Positions 15,963-25,809 of a stretch of DNA of 39,054 bases are shown here, piece by piece. Below the pieces are notes generated by a model. That model searched no databases. It saw only the letters and a program-made list of their open reading frames with translations, and was not told the origin of the DNA. Location: the IMG/VR virus record IMGVR_UViG_3300001263_000001; one strand, written 5' to 3'. Made by a program: the position numbers and the translations under genes. The stretch's first letter is position 1. The number at the start of each line of letters is the position of its first letter. The stretch comes from a virus.

Positions 15963-17377
15963 TATTATCTCCAGTCAAACCCACACGGCAGGAACTTGCC
16001 AGAATATTTCCTGACCCAAGAATGTTACGTGCTGTTGAAGGTATTTTTAACGCTGTTCCTTCCGAATTAAACAATCAGCAAGAATTAATTGATGAGATTT
16101 ATTTTCAATCTATATCAAATACATCATCAATAAATTCTATTCGGCATCAAGTAAGTACAATCCAATCTTTTGAAAACGCTATCACAGTTAAAGACGTTTC
16201 TGATTTTGGAAAGATAGAAAGCAATCTTGTTACTCCAGATCCGACAAAGCTATATAGAATGGACGGCTTTGTTAATGTCGGATCTGTTTCTATTGTAGCG
16301 CCCGAAATGGGGATTTCTTGCGCTGCTCCTCGAGGAGGGCGTAATATTTCAGGGCTGTATAGCAATGAAGAGAATCACGTCATGTTTGTGTCGCCCCAAG
16401 GTGGATACTCTGGTGATGTCATTCTGAACGGTATAACAATCTATCAAGGGGGTGATGGTTCTAAAATATTTGATCTTAATAATGATGGAAATTCTGGGTC
16501 TTTGGATGTAAGCAATGTAAATTTCGGATCATTTTCGGCGTTTGGAAAAACAACTTTAGGCGAACTAAGTAATTATAGACAAATGCTTATGAATAGGTGT
16601 GCTTTTTTGTTTTTGAAGGATGGGCTTGTTTTCAATGGCACATGGGAAGGTATGGCAATTCTTGATTCTGTTGCTATTGTTTTCCCTGCTTTGGCGACGC
16701 TTTTGGCAGAAGGGACAACTTTTACAGTAGGCAATATTAGATCAAACATAAATTTTATCTCTGTAGCCAGCAACTCTGTTTTTCTTGATTTTTCAGAGTC
16801 TAATATTATTAATAACGGCGGCGCATCACTTACAAACGTTCGCTCTGGTGCAGATGATGCGGTTCCTAATTTGCCTGGGTCGAGTGTGAAGGCACGATAC
16901 AAGAATTGTGATGGCATACGTAACACATATGTTGGTGGTGAATGGGTTATATTTGAGGCAGCAGATGAAGTGGAAACAGTGATTGCAAGTGCCAACACGC
17001 CTGTAAAGCTTGAGGGAGTAACGACTTATTCAGATCTTAATCATTTTAGCAATACCACTGACAATGCTTTTGTTTATGATGGCACGCAAACAATAGAGGT
17101 CGAATGTTTTGGGGTTCTGAATATTGAGGGCGGAAATGGTGACACATTTGATGTGTGGTTTAGAAAATGGGACGATGCGTTATCTTCTTATACTGACAAA
17201 TATAAATCATCAGGCACTTTGGACGGAAGCGGTAAATCTTCTAATACTTGTATAAGGGCTTTTGCAAGTTTGAAAAATAATGATAGAATTGAGGTATGGG
17301 TTCAAAACACTAAAGATAGTTCAAATTTAACTGCAAAAGCACAATCAAGTGTTCAAGTAAAGGAAAGATCATCATGA
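15956..17377 (+). CDS. tail protein of unknown function (occupies the needle/gp26 slot)
   Basis: ATGGTGA overlap with the gp10-like gene. Beta-rich, Asn/Ser/Gly-rich sequence. No recognisable gp26 coiled coil. Confidence 0.55.
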   Translation: MVILSPVKPTRQELARIFPDPRMLRAVEGIFNAVPSELNNQQELIDEIYFQSISNTSSINSIRHQVSTIQSFENAITVKDVSDFGKIESNLVTPDPTKLYRMDGFVNVGSVSIVAPEMGISCAAPRGGRNISGLYSNEENHVMFVSPQGGYSGDVILNGITIYQGGDGSKIFDLNNDGNSGSLDVSNVNFGSFSAFGKTTLGELSNYRQMLMNRCAFLFLKDGLVFNGTWEGMAILDSVAIVFPALATLLAEGTTFTVGNIRSNINFISVASNSVFLDFSESNIINNGGASLTNVRSGADDAVPNLPGSSVKARYKNCDGIRNTYVGGEWVIFEAADEVETVIASANTPVKLEGVTTYSDLNHFSNTTDNAFVYDGTQTIEVECFGVLNIEGGNGDTFDVWFRKWDDALSSYTDKYKSSGTLDGSGKSSNTCIRAFASLKNNDRIEVWVQNTKDSSNLTAKAQSSVQVKERSS

Positions 17378-17706
17378 CTATTGCGACAAAAGTGCTTGTG
17401 GATAGTAAATATATGGAGGCTTCTCAACAGGATCAAGTGACCCCAACCGTTCAAACATTTATAGATACATTTTCTGTTACCAATATTTCTACTGCAACTG
17501 CTAATTTTTCTGTTAACATTACCGCAATAAATGACACCGTAGATAATAAAAATAAAATAATAGATCAAAAATCAGTGCGTTCAGGGGAAACTATTATTGT
17601 GAGCGAAGTCATAGGAAACGTTTTAGAGACAGGAAATAAGTTGAGCACAATTGCAAGCTCTGGATCCGCTCTTGTTATGCGCATTTGCGGAAGGGAAATA
17701 ACATGA
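17374..17706 (+). CDS. hypothetical protein
   Basis: ATGA overlap with the upstream gene. Confidence 0.55.
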   Translation: MTIATKVLVDSKYMEASQQDQVTPTVQTFIDTFSVTNISTATANFSVNITAINDTVDNKNKIIDQKSVRSGETIIVSEVIGNVLETGNKLSTIASSGSALVMRICGREIT

Positions 17707-18557
17707 CGAATGATATTGATACGATTGATTTATCTGCTCTCAAGTGCAAGCCTGTTGATGTGCCAAGCCTTGAAAAAGAAATGCTGAAAATGCCACAAGC
17801 TGATTGCCCTGTTGTGCATCATTTTGGGAATGGGATTTATATGCGTGAAGTGCGTCTTTCAAAAGGTCTTATATGCATAGGGCACAAACAGAAAAAAGAG
17901 CACTTAAATGTTATGCTTACAGGGCGTGTAATGATGCTTGATAGTGATGGCAATCTAAATGAGGTCAAGGCACCTTTTATCAAAAACAGTCCAGCAGGGC
18001 GCAAGGTGGGCTTTGTTTTAGAGGACACTGTTTGGTTAAACATTTATTCAACAAATGAAACAGACATAGAAACTTTAGAAAACACTTATCTTGATAAAAG
18101 CATAGGGTTCAAAGAAAATGAGAAAATATTATTTAATGCGCAATATGCATTAAGACAATGTGACCGAGATGATTTTGATTTATTTTGCAAAGAGTATTCT
18201 TTAACAAAAGAGCAAATACAAAAAGAGACAGAAATGACAGCGGATCTTGTGGATATGCCATTAGAGTGGCGGTCTTGCTATTCATTGCGTCAATCGCCCA
18301 TATCAGGAAAAGGGATATTCGGTTCAAAGCCTTTTGAAAAAGAAGAAATTATTGCACCTGCTAGAATTGGAAATGGTCGCACAGATATAGGGAGATATAC
18401 AAATCATTCCCATGAGCCAAATTGTATTTTCAAAAAAATCAATAATGATGTATATTTAGTTGCGAATAGAAATATTAATGGTTGCGCCGCTGGTACGCAT
18501 GGGGAAGAATTGACGGTAAGTTATCGTCAAGTTATGGAGTTGAAATGTCAGGAATAG
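17703..18557 (+). CDS. cupin-like / SET-domain fusion protein
   Basis: C-terminal SET signatures: SPISGKGIFGSKPFEKEEII, GRYTNHSHEPNC (NHSxxPN motif) and GEELTVSY. The N-terminal half, CPVVHHFGNGIYMREVRL...IGHKQKKEH, is His-rich and cupin-like. ATG 17703 lies behind GGAAGGGAAATAAC and has an ATGA overlap. Confidence 0.75.
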   Translation: MTNDIDTIDLSALKCKPVDVPSLEKEMLKMPQADCPVVHHFGNGIYMREVRLSKGLICIGHKQKKEHLNVMLTGRVMMLDSDGNLNEVKAPFIKNSPAGRKVGFVLEDTVWLNIYSTNETDIETLENTYLDKSIGFKENEKILFNAQYALRQCDRDDFDLFCKEYSLTKEQIQKETEMTADLVDMPLEWRSCYSLRQSPISGKGIFGSKPFEKEEIIAPARIGNGRTDIGRYTNHSHEPNCIFKKINNDVYLVANRNINGCAAGTHGEELTVSYRQVMELKCQE

Positions 18558-19156
18558 CAACGGCAGTCATTGGTTCCTCAGTAGGCAGTGGGCTTCTTTC
18601 TGCTAGCGCAGCAGACAAGGCAGGAGATGCACAAGTTGCTGCGTCAAGATCCACCCTTGAAGAACAAGCACGACAATTTGATGAGATGAAAGAATTGATG
18701 AAACCTTATATCGATATAGGGACGGATTCTTTGGGTGCTCAAGCTGATTTGTTGGGCATTGGTGATGGATCGCAGCAGGAAGCCATAGATCAATTTTCAC
18801 AATCCCCATTGTTCCAATCTTTAACGCAGCAAGGTGAGGACGCAATTTTGCAAAATGCAGCGGCTACGGGCGGATTAAGAGGGGGCAATACTCAAGGAGC
18901 TTTGGCACAATTTAGACCTGCAATGCTTAATCAAATCCTGCAACAACAATTTAGTAATCTTGGCAATCTTACCGCATACGGTCAGGCTTCAGCAGCAGGG
19001 CAAGGGGCAGCAGGACAAAATTACGCAAATGCAGTGGGGAATATCAATTCTCAAATTGGCGATGCGCAAGCGCAAGAGATTGCAGGTCGTACACAGGCAT
19101 ATGGTGGGATTTTGAATGGATTAACAAAGGCATTTGGTCAAACAGGAGGCTTTTAA
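18545..19156 (+). CDS. Gly/Ala/Gln-rich internal virion (ejection-type) protein
   Basis: ORF track 18482..19156. ATG 18545 follows GGAGTTGAA. The low-complexity composition and position are like P22 gp7. Confidence 0.55.
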   Translation: MSGIATAVIGSSVGSGLLSASAADKAGDAQVAASRSTLEEQARQFDEMKELMKPYIDIGTDSLGAQADLLGIGDGSQQEAIDQFSQSPLFQSLTQQGEDAILQNAAATGGLRGGNTQGALAQFRPAMLNQILQQQFSNLGNLTAYGQASAAGQGAAGQNYANAVGNINSQIGDAQAQEIAGRTQAYGGILNGLTKAFGQTGGF

Positions 19157-20907
19157 TGTTTAACTATTTAGATGCTATAAAAATGCCAGATATGACACAA
19201 TCCGCTTTTGAGGGTTATAAAATCGGCGAAGTTATGCGAGCGAATGAGGCTGCAAAAGAAGCCAAGATAAGAGAGCAAGAGCAACAAGAGCAAACTCAAT
19301 TAATGATTCAAGACTTCATTAGTAAACCAAACAAAACCCCTCAAGATTATTCTGATATGATGCTTAAGGTGCCAAGCCTTGCAGATAATTTCAAAAAATC
19401 TTATGACGTTATGGATCAGGGGCGTAAAGAAGCCATGCAAAGAAAGACTCTAAACGTATTTGCAGCTTTGCAAAATGGGGACATTGATACAGCGAATAAA
19501 TTATTAGACGATCAAATAACAGCAGCGCAAAATTCAGGTGATGAGCGTTCGTTAAATGGCGCAAATCTTCTTAAAAAAACATTGGAAATCAATCCTGAAG
19601 CTGCAAAATCAACGTCTGGTTTGTTTTTATCTTATGCCCTGGGCGGTGAAAAGATGGCGGAGGTCATGGGGCAGTTCGGCAAAGAAGGTCGGGCAAAAGA
19701 AATGCAACCTTTTGAGACTGCTCTGATGCGTAAAGATATTGCTCTCAAGGCAGAGGAAGCAGGCGTTAAAAGGGCAACTGTCAATAAAATATTGGCAGAA
19801 ACCAAAGATATTGGCGTTAAAACACAAAAAACTTTACTAGATTTAGAAATAGCTCGCAATAATCCGAACGGAATACAACAGAAGGATATTGTCAAAGCTG
19901 AAAGTGAGTTAAGAAAAGAGGCGACAAGCGTTTTGCAGAAAAATAGAGATGTAAGAAAATCTCGGGATCAAATGTTGTCTATTTTGGGGAACGTTGGGGA
20001 AAATGGGGCAGAACTTGGCGCAGCGGATGCCGCCGCAGTTGTCACATTCTTCAAGACGATAGATCCCAATTCTACAGTAACGGCAACAGAAGGCGGAATT
20101 ATTCAGGGGGCTGAAGGTTTGCAAGGTCAACTAGCAGCGATTTGGAATAAAGCAGTAAATCAAGGGTCGTTTACCGATGAGGCTAGAAAAGCATTAATCA
20201 ACACGTCACAGCGGATTTACGCACCTGTTCAAAAAGAGGCGCAATCTATACAATCCAAGTATACTGATATTGCAAATAGATCTGGGCTAAATCCTGAAAA
20301 TATTTTTATTACTGATTATGATGAGCCTGAAAAACAACAGGACAATGAAAGTTTCACTTTTGATCCGAATAGTTCGTACTCGGAAAGAACGCAAAGATTA
20401 TTATTTGAAAGAAATCAAAAAAAAAAGCCCGTGAATAATCAATCGTCTGCTGCAAGCTCTAAGTATTATGAAAGGTTGGCTATGGCGGAGTCTGGAAACA
20501 ATCCAAATGCTAAAGCAAAGACAAGCAGCGCAAGCGGATTATTCCAGTTTATAGATAGTACTTGGCGTAATATGGTTGACAAATATGGTGATAGTACAGG
20601 AATAACATTAGCAGACAAAAACGATCCGCAAGCACAAAAGAAAATGGTTGAATTATTTACTCAAGATAATGCAGACTTTTTGAAAAAAAAGGGCATTAAT
20701 CCTAGTGATGGTGATTTATATATTGCCCATTTTTTAGGGGCACCTAAAGCTGAAAAGATGATTAAAATGAAAAACAGCAATAAAATAGCAGCTTCAGTCT
20801 TCAACAAAGAGGCTAAGGCAAATCGCCCTATATTCTTTGAAAGAAACGGTAAGGCTCGGACAATGTCTAAAGTTTATGATGTTTTAACATCAAAGGTTGA
20901 AGCATGA
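19156..20907 (+). CDS. internal virion protein with a C-terminal lytic transglycosylase (SLT) domain
   Basis: YYERLAMAESGNNPNAKAKTSSASGLFQFIDSTWRNM carries the SLT catalytic E-S ... GLxQ motif. Confidence 0.85.
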   Translation: MFNYLDAIKMPDMTQSAFEGYKIGEVMRANEAAKEAKIREQEQQEQTQLMIQDFISKPNKTPQDYSDMMLKVPSLADNFKKSYDVMDQGRKEAMQRKTLNVFAALQNGDIDTANKLLDDQITAAQNSGDERSLNGANLLKKTLEINPEAAKSTSGLFLSYALGGEKMAEVMGQFGKEGRAKEMQPFETALMRKDIALKAEEAGVKRATVNKILAETKDIGVKTQKTLLDLEIARNNPNGIQQKDIVKAESELRKEATSVLQKNRDVRKSRDQMLSILGNVGENGAELGAADAAAVVTFFKTIDPNSTVTATEGGIIQGAEGLQGQLAAIWNKAVNQGSFTDEARKALINTSQRIYAPVQKEAQSIQSKYTDIANRSGLNPENIFITDYDEPEKQQDNESFTFDPNSSYSERTQRLLFERNQKKKPVNNQSSAASSKYYERLAMAESGNNPNAKAKTSSASGLFQFIDSTWRNMVDKYGDSTGITLADKNDPQAQKKMVELFTQDNADFLKKKGINPSDGDLYIAHFLGAPKAEKMIKMKNSNKIAASVFNKEAKANRPIFFERNGKARTMSKVYDVLTSKVEA

Positions 20908-23156
20908 CACCAGAAGAAATACAAGCACTTGAAAATGATTTGATTGTTGCTGATGAGGCTGGTGACACAGAAACTCTTAATGCAATCTTAGACATTCTAG
21001 AGGATATAGATCAGACCATGGAAAAGCCACCTGCCCCACCTTCTGACAAAGGTTTTTTTGGTGAATTGGCAAGTGGTGCGGTTGATGTCTATGAGGGGGC
21101 AAAAGAAGCATTTACAGGTGAGGAAAGAAGCACTCCAGAGATTGAGGCATTGCCTGATATTTCTGATATGCCCGTAACTGAAGGATTTAGTGAAATTTTA
21201 AAAGGTCTTGGTCTTGGCGCATCAACATTATTCGCTGATAAAGAAGAAACAAGAAAAATATTAGAAAGCAATATTGAAGGCTTAACAGTCCGTGAGGATG
21301 AAAAAGGGAATTATATTTATAAAAACCCGATAGATGGGAAAGAGTACGCTTACAAGCCTGGATTCCGAGCTTCTGATATTCCTAAGACTATTGCTAGCGT
21401 TTTAGCCTTTACGCCTGCTGGGCGTGGTGCATCTTTGGCAGGGCGTGCAGGGTTGGCAGGGGCTACACAAACGGCTATTGAAGGCGGTCAGGCTGCAATG
21501 GGTGGTGAGTTCAATCCTGAGCAAGTTCCATTGGCAGGGGCTATGCAATTCGGGGGGGACATTGCAGGACGTGCCATAACCGCAGTCGCACCAAAATCTG
21601 CACTGGCAGGAAAAGTTATTGATGATTCAACGCCTGATTTGCCTATGTCAGATCTCGTTTCCAAAGCATCGGGCAGTGACGGATTGTTTACTGGTGGTGC
21701 AAAGCGTATTGTTCAAGAGCAAGTGAAGCCAGACCAGAATATTGTGGAAGCAGCAAAAAGATTAGGAATAGAGGAGTTTTTGCAGCCAGATCATGTCAGT
21801 ACAAATCAAGCTTTTAAAGAATTATCTGCTGGGGTGAGATCGTTCCCCGGGATGCAATCGAGACAATTAGAACGAGAAGGTCTTGAAAAGGTTGCAGAAA
21901 GGGCAGATAATTTAATTGAAGAAATTGGCGGAATGCAAGATTTAAGCCAAATGAATAATAATATTCGTGACGCTTTGACAGAAACGCAAGAAAGTCTTTT
22001 GCAGAAATCAGATAAATTATATAGCGAAGTGAATAAGTCTATACCACCCAAAACGCCAGCGGCTGCAAATAATTTATTGAGTTTTTTAAATAAAAAAGCA
22101 GACGAATTGGGCGGTGTTGAATTTCTTTCAGGGCAAGAAAAAAGCCTTTTAAATTCTATGACACCGACAAAAGCGAAAGACGGAAAAGAAATATTCCCGA
22201 CATATGCCAGATTAGATGGTGTAAGAAAAAGCTTAACATCGGCAAGGGTTAAAAAAGAAGGAATATTTAAAGATGCGGAAAGTGGTATTTTAAAAAAGCT
22301 TGAGCAAGAATTATTGAAAGATCAAAAGATAATAGCAGAGAATGCAGGGGTCGGAAAAGTATTTGAAGAGGCTCGGAAAACAGTTGCTATTCGTAAAGGC
22401 GTAGAAGATGATTTAACGGCTTTATTTGGAAAAAATTTAGAAAAATCTATTGTTTCCAAGCTATCTACAGGCGTAAAAAAATTATCAACAGGTGATGTGA
22501 CTGGTTTATCTAAAATTCTTAGATCTGCCCCCGAAGCAAAGCGGCAAGAAATTGTTGCCAGTGGATTAAATGCTGCTTTTGGAAAAACTGCAAAGCGTGG
22601 TGATCTAAATTTTTCTTCTTATGCCAAGTGGTACGAAGGATTAAATAAAAACAAACAGGCAAAGTCTTTAATCTTTTCAAATCTGCCAAAAGAGGCGCAA
22701 AAAAGCTTAGATGATCTATACAAAGTCTCTAAAGGTATATCAACATCATCAAAAGAGGTTATTACTACGGGGCGTATCGGATCAGTTCGAGACGAATTTG
22801 CTAATGCTGATAGCTTAATTGGAAAAATATATTCAGTGGGGCGTAACATCGGTCAGGCAGCGGCAGCAGAGGGAGCGGCTTCAGCTGTCGGAATACCTGG
22901 GGCTGGTCTTGTGGGTTATATGGCTGCATCTTTAAAAGGCGGAAAAACGGATGCCATAAAAGCAGCGGATAAGCTTTTAACATCGCCTGTATTTATAGAA
23001 AATGCCAAAAAAGGCACACCAGAAGCCGCACAAAAAATTGCAAATTCTGCACCCTTTAAACAATTTCTTAATAAACTATCTCAGAATCAAAGAATTTCGG
23101 ATCCTGTTCAATTTATAACAAATGCCTTTCAAGCATCAAAAAACCAAAGCGAATAA
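20904..23156 (+). CDS. large internal virion / ejection protein
   Basis: 750 aa, Ala/Gly/Lys-rich, with an ATGA overlap. Position is like P22 gp20/gp16. Confidence 0.6.
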   Translation: MTPEEIQALENDLIVADEAGDTETLNAILDILEDIDQTMEKPPAPPSDKGFFGELASGAVDVYEGAKEAFTGEERSTPEIEALPDISDMPVTEGFSEILKGLGLGASTLFADKEETRKILESNIEGLTVREDEKGNYIYKNPIDGKEYAYKPGFRASDIPKTIASVLAFTPAGRGASLAGRAGLAGATQTAIEGGQAAMGGEFNPEQVPLAGAMQFGGDIAGRAITAVAPKSALAGKVIDDSTPDLPMSDLVSKASGSDGLFTGGAKRIVQEQVKPDQNIVEAAKRLGIEEFLQPDHVSTNQAFKELSAGVRSFPGMQSRQLEREGLEKVAERADNLIEEIGGMQDLSQMNNNIRDALTETQESLLQKSDKLYSEVNKSIPPKTPAAANNLLSFLNKKADELGGVEFLSGQEKSLLNSMTPTKAKDGKEIFPTYARLDGVRKSLTSARVKKEGIFKDAESGILKKLEQELLKDQKIIAENAGVGKVFEEARKTVAIRKGVEDDLTALFGKNLEKSIVSKLSTGVKKLSTGDVTGLSKILRSAPEAKRQEIVASGLNAAFGKTAKRGDLNFSSYAKWYEGLNKNKQAKSLIFSNLPKEAQKSLDDLYKVSKGISTSSKEVITTGRIGSVRDEFANADSLIGKIYSVGRNIGQAAAAEGAASAVGIPGAGLVGYMAASLKGGKTDAIKAADKLLTSPVFIENAKKGTPEAAQKIANSAPFKQFLNKLSQNQRISDPVQFITNAFQASKNQSE

Positions 23157-23159
23157 ACC

Positions 23160-25337
23160 ATGACAGCACTTTTAATAAACAACCCGTACACCTCGTTTAA
23201 TGATCTTGATGGAAAACCATTGCAAGATGGCAAAATATACATCGGCACAGAGGGTCTTAATCCAGTTGTAAATCCCATTAATGTTTATGCGGATAAGGAA
23301 CTGCAAATCCCCTTGCAGCAGCCCATAAGAACTCTTAGCGGTTATCCAGTATCGGGTAACTCTCCTGTGCGAATGTTTCTCAATAATATTGATTATTATT
23401 CTATTTCTATTTTTGATAAAAATGATCGTTTTATTTATTCTTCTTTAAGGGTTGATGCCAACCGCCCTTCAACTGAATCGACTGTAAATGTTAAAGACTA
23501 TGGCGCAGCAGGGGATAATGTCACGGACGATCAAATCGCAATTCAAAATGCAGTGTCATATGCATATAATAATAACAAATATCTTTTTTGGGATTATGGG
23601 ACATATGTTGTTAATTCATCAATTGATAATTTTCATGATGTAGTTCATGTTGGAAATGGAATATTAAATAGAAATGGAAATTTATATTATATTTCTCCTC
23701 AAAGCATAAGCAATATAAACACATTATTTGTCTCAAAGACTGGGAATGACACAAACGATGGGATGTCCACTACAGGATCTCTCTTAACGCTTCAAAGGGC
23801 TGCTGATTTATTAGAAAGCAAAGGAGATTTTTTACAGGGATCATGGGTAATATCTGTTAGTGACGGAACCTATGACCGCATCCGCTTTGATGATGATGGG
23901 GTTAAATATGCAAATCCTATTGTTTTGCAGGGTACGCCTCGTAATGTTTCCTCTGGTGAAGTGTGGCTTGCAATGGGCGCACCAACTGGCGGCACAGATG
24001 AAGAACCTGGTGTTATTTCTGGGACTTTTTCAGAAGGTGAAACAATTTCTGGCAGCGTAAGCGGCTTTACTGGATCAGCCACATTTGACGGCGTTGCATT
24101 TATAAAGGCGACTATCACAAGTGGAACGCCACAAATTAACGATGTTGTAACTGGGGCAACGTCTGGGGCATCTGGTAAAGTATTGGCATTATCTCCTATT
24201 CCAACTGTTATTATCAAAGAAGGATTGACGCAATCAGCCGTGGGTGTCAGAGCCGCAAATTCAACAGACATTACAATTAAGGATATTTTAATCCAAGATT
24301 TTAATGGCACAAAATCCTCTTCTGGTGTGAATGTTTCAAATAAGTGCAATTTAAAATTAGAAAACGCTCACTTTATTGATTGTTATATCGGGGCAAGCAA
24401 TCAAAACTATGGAATTATTGATATTAAGGGTGGTGTGTTTTATGATTGTGGTTACTTAAATAGTGCAGACGCAGGTGGTTATGCTATTCGAGGTCTATTT
24501 CACTGCAAATATTCTGTTGGTACCCAAAATGCAGGTGATATGGAAAATGCTCCAATCATACAAGGTTGCTACATCGGTGTGTTTGGTCAAGAATATTGCA
24601 CTGGACACGTAGATTATACGTACATTAGAAATAATGTTATCGGCTCAAGATTGTCTATTGGTTGCCGTGTGAATTATGATGGCTCGAGGCTTTATGACAA
24701 TGCGACCAATGCATGGGCTTCTGATAATTCTATAATCTCTCCATCGTCTAATACAATTGTCGGTAAGGGAGTAAATCAACACAGTGTATCAAACTACATT
24801 TCAGGTGCATCATGTTCTATATCAACTAATTCTGGGCTAGATGGATTTTCTCCTGCCTTATTTCCTGAAGAACGTACTGTAATGGCAAGGTATGACCCAG
24901 TTACTATTAATACGATCGCTGGAACGGCAATTTACGAGCTTCCTACTATTGCGCCATATCTAGGTGAGGTTTATGGAAGTTCTATTCCTGCTCAATATTT
25001 TAAAATAGAAATTTATGGATCTTTAAGCGGAACAAATGATGTGAAGCGTATAACGCATAGATTTGGCGGTACAAACATTGGGCAAATATCATTTTTGAGT
25101 TCTGAAACAGGAAAATTTTACGCACAAGCTGTTGTAATTTTAGGCAGTGGGGGCGTGGGGCAATATGGGCACATCCAAGGATCACACCACTTAGGCAGCA
25201 CAGCAAGACATTCTTCAAATGCGTCCGCAATCAATTTGAATACAACCGATGCGACTTATCGTTTAGAGGTACAAGTTGATAATGTTTCTGATAGTGTTAC
25301 AGTTGACTCTTATATTGTGAAAGCCTGTGGATTTTAG
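23160..25337 (+). CDS. tailspike with a pectate-lyase-like right-handed beta-helix
   Basis: VNVKDYGAAGDNVTDDQIAIQNAVSYAY is the Pectate_lyase_3/tailspike signature. It is the last gene of the virion module. Confidence 0.8.
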   Translation: MTALLINNPYTSFNDLDGKPLQDGKIYIGTEGLNPVVNPINVYADKELQIPLQQPIRTLSGYPVSGNSPVRMFLNNIDYYSISIFDKNDRFIYSSLRVDANRPSTESTVNVKDYGAAGDNVTDDQIAIQNAVSYAYNNNKYLFWDYGTYVVNSSIDNFHDVVHVGNGILNRNGNLYYISPQSISNINTLFVSKTGNDTNDGMSTTGSLLTLQRAADLLESKGDFLQGSWVISVSDGTYDRIRFDDDGVKYANPIVLQGTPRNVSSGEVWLAMGAPTGGTDEEPGVISGTFSEGETISGSVSGFTGSATFDGVAFIKATITSGTPQINDVVTGATSGASGKVLALSPIPTVIIKEGLTQSAVGVRAANSTDITIKDILIQDFNGTKSSSGVNVSNKCNLKLENAHFIDCYIGASNQNYGIIDIKGGVFYDCGYLNSADAGGYAIRGLFHCKYSVGTQNAGDMENAPIIQGCYIGVFGQEYCTGHVDYTYIRNNVIGSRLSIGCRVNYDGSRLYDNATNAWASDNSIISPSSNTIVGKGVNQHSVSNYISGASCSISTNSGLDGFSPALFPEERTVMARYDPVTINTIAGTAIYELPTIAPYLGEVYGSSIPAQYFKIEIYGSLSGTNDVKRITHRFGGTNIGQISFLSSETGKFYAQAVVILGSGGVGQYGHIQGSHHLGSTARHSSNASAINLNTTDATYRLEVQVDNVSDSVTVDSYIVKACGF

Positions 25338-25346
25338 TAGCGATAA

Positions 25347-25715
25347 ATGACACCTGAGGAATTTTCTTTAAAAGAGCGTGATGTTATAGCTCGTGAAAAG
25401 CAAGCGGATCAAGACGAGCGCAAAAATGACATTGCGGAAGAAGCATCAAAACGGAACCGCAACGCCATGATTGCAACTGCGTTTATAGGTCTATTTGGTG
25501 CTTTGTATATAAAATATGACAAAGATAAAGATGTTTCTCTAATTGAACGGCGAATCATTGCGTTGACAAAAGTGATCAAGGATAATGATTGTAATAAAGA
25601 AGTCAGTGAATGGCGGCGGTCTTATGAGGGCGGTATGTGTAGTAAAATGCTAGATTACCATCGTAAGTCGTGGGCTGAATTACATCGCCAAGGCAAGATT
25701 TCAGAATCAAAGTAA
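25347..25715 (+). CDS. single-TM protein, holin candidate
   Basis: One central TM, AMIATAFIGLFGALYI, with charged flanks. Lies directly upstream of the endolysin. Confidence 0.45.
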   Translation: MTPEEFSLKERDVIAREKQADQDERKNDIAEEASKRNRNAMIATAFIGLFGALYIKYDKDKDVSLIERRIIALTKVIKDNDCNKEVSEWRRSYEGGMCSKMLDYHRKSWAELHRQGKISESK

Positions 25716-25734
25716 AATGTGTTAGAGTAATTGC

Positions 25735-25809
25735 ATGAGATTATTATCTTTTATTATAGCATTAGGATTGTGCGCCTTGTTTGTATTAATTTTTAACGGT
25801 GTTTTATGA
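25735..25809 (+). CDS. 24-aa hydrophobic micro-protein translationally coupled to the endolysin (not in the ORF track)
   Basis: MRLLSFIIALGLCALFVLIFNGVL. Its TGA overlaps the endolysin ATG (TTATGA). Confidence 0.4.
   Translation: MRLLSFIIALGLCALFVLIFNGVL

Noticed and set aside
15956-25337. A diversity-generating retroelement targeting the tail proteins or tailspike.
   Set aside because: No reverse transcriptase ORF exists anywhere in the window. I noticed no template/variable repeat pair near the 3' ends of the tail genes, although an exhaustive self-alignment was not possible by eye.
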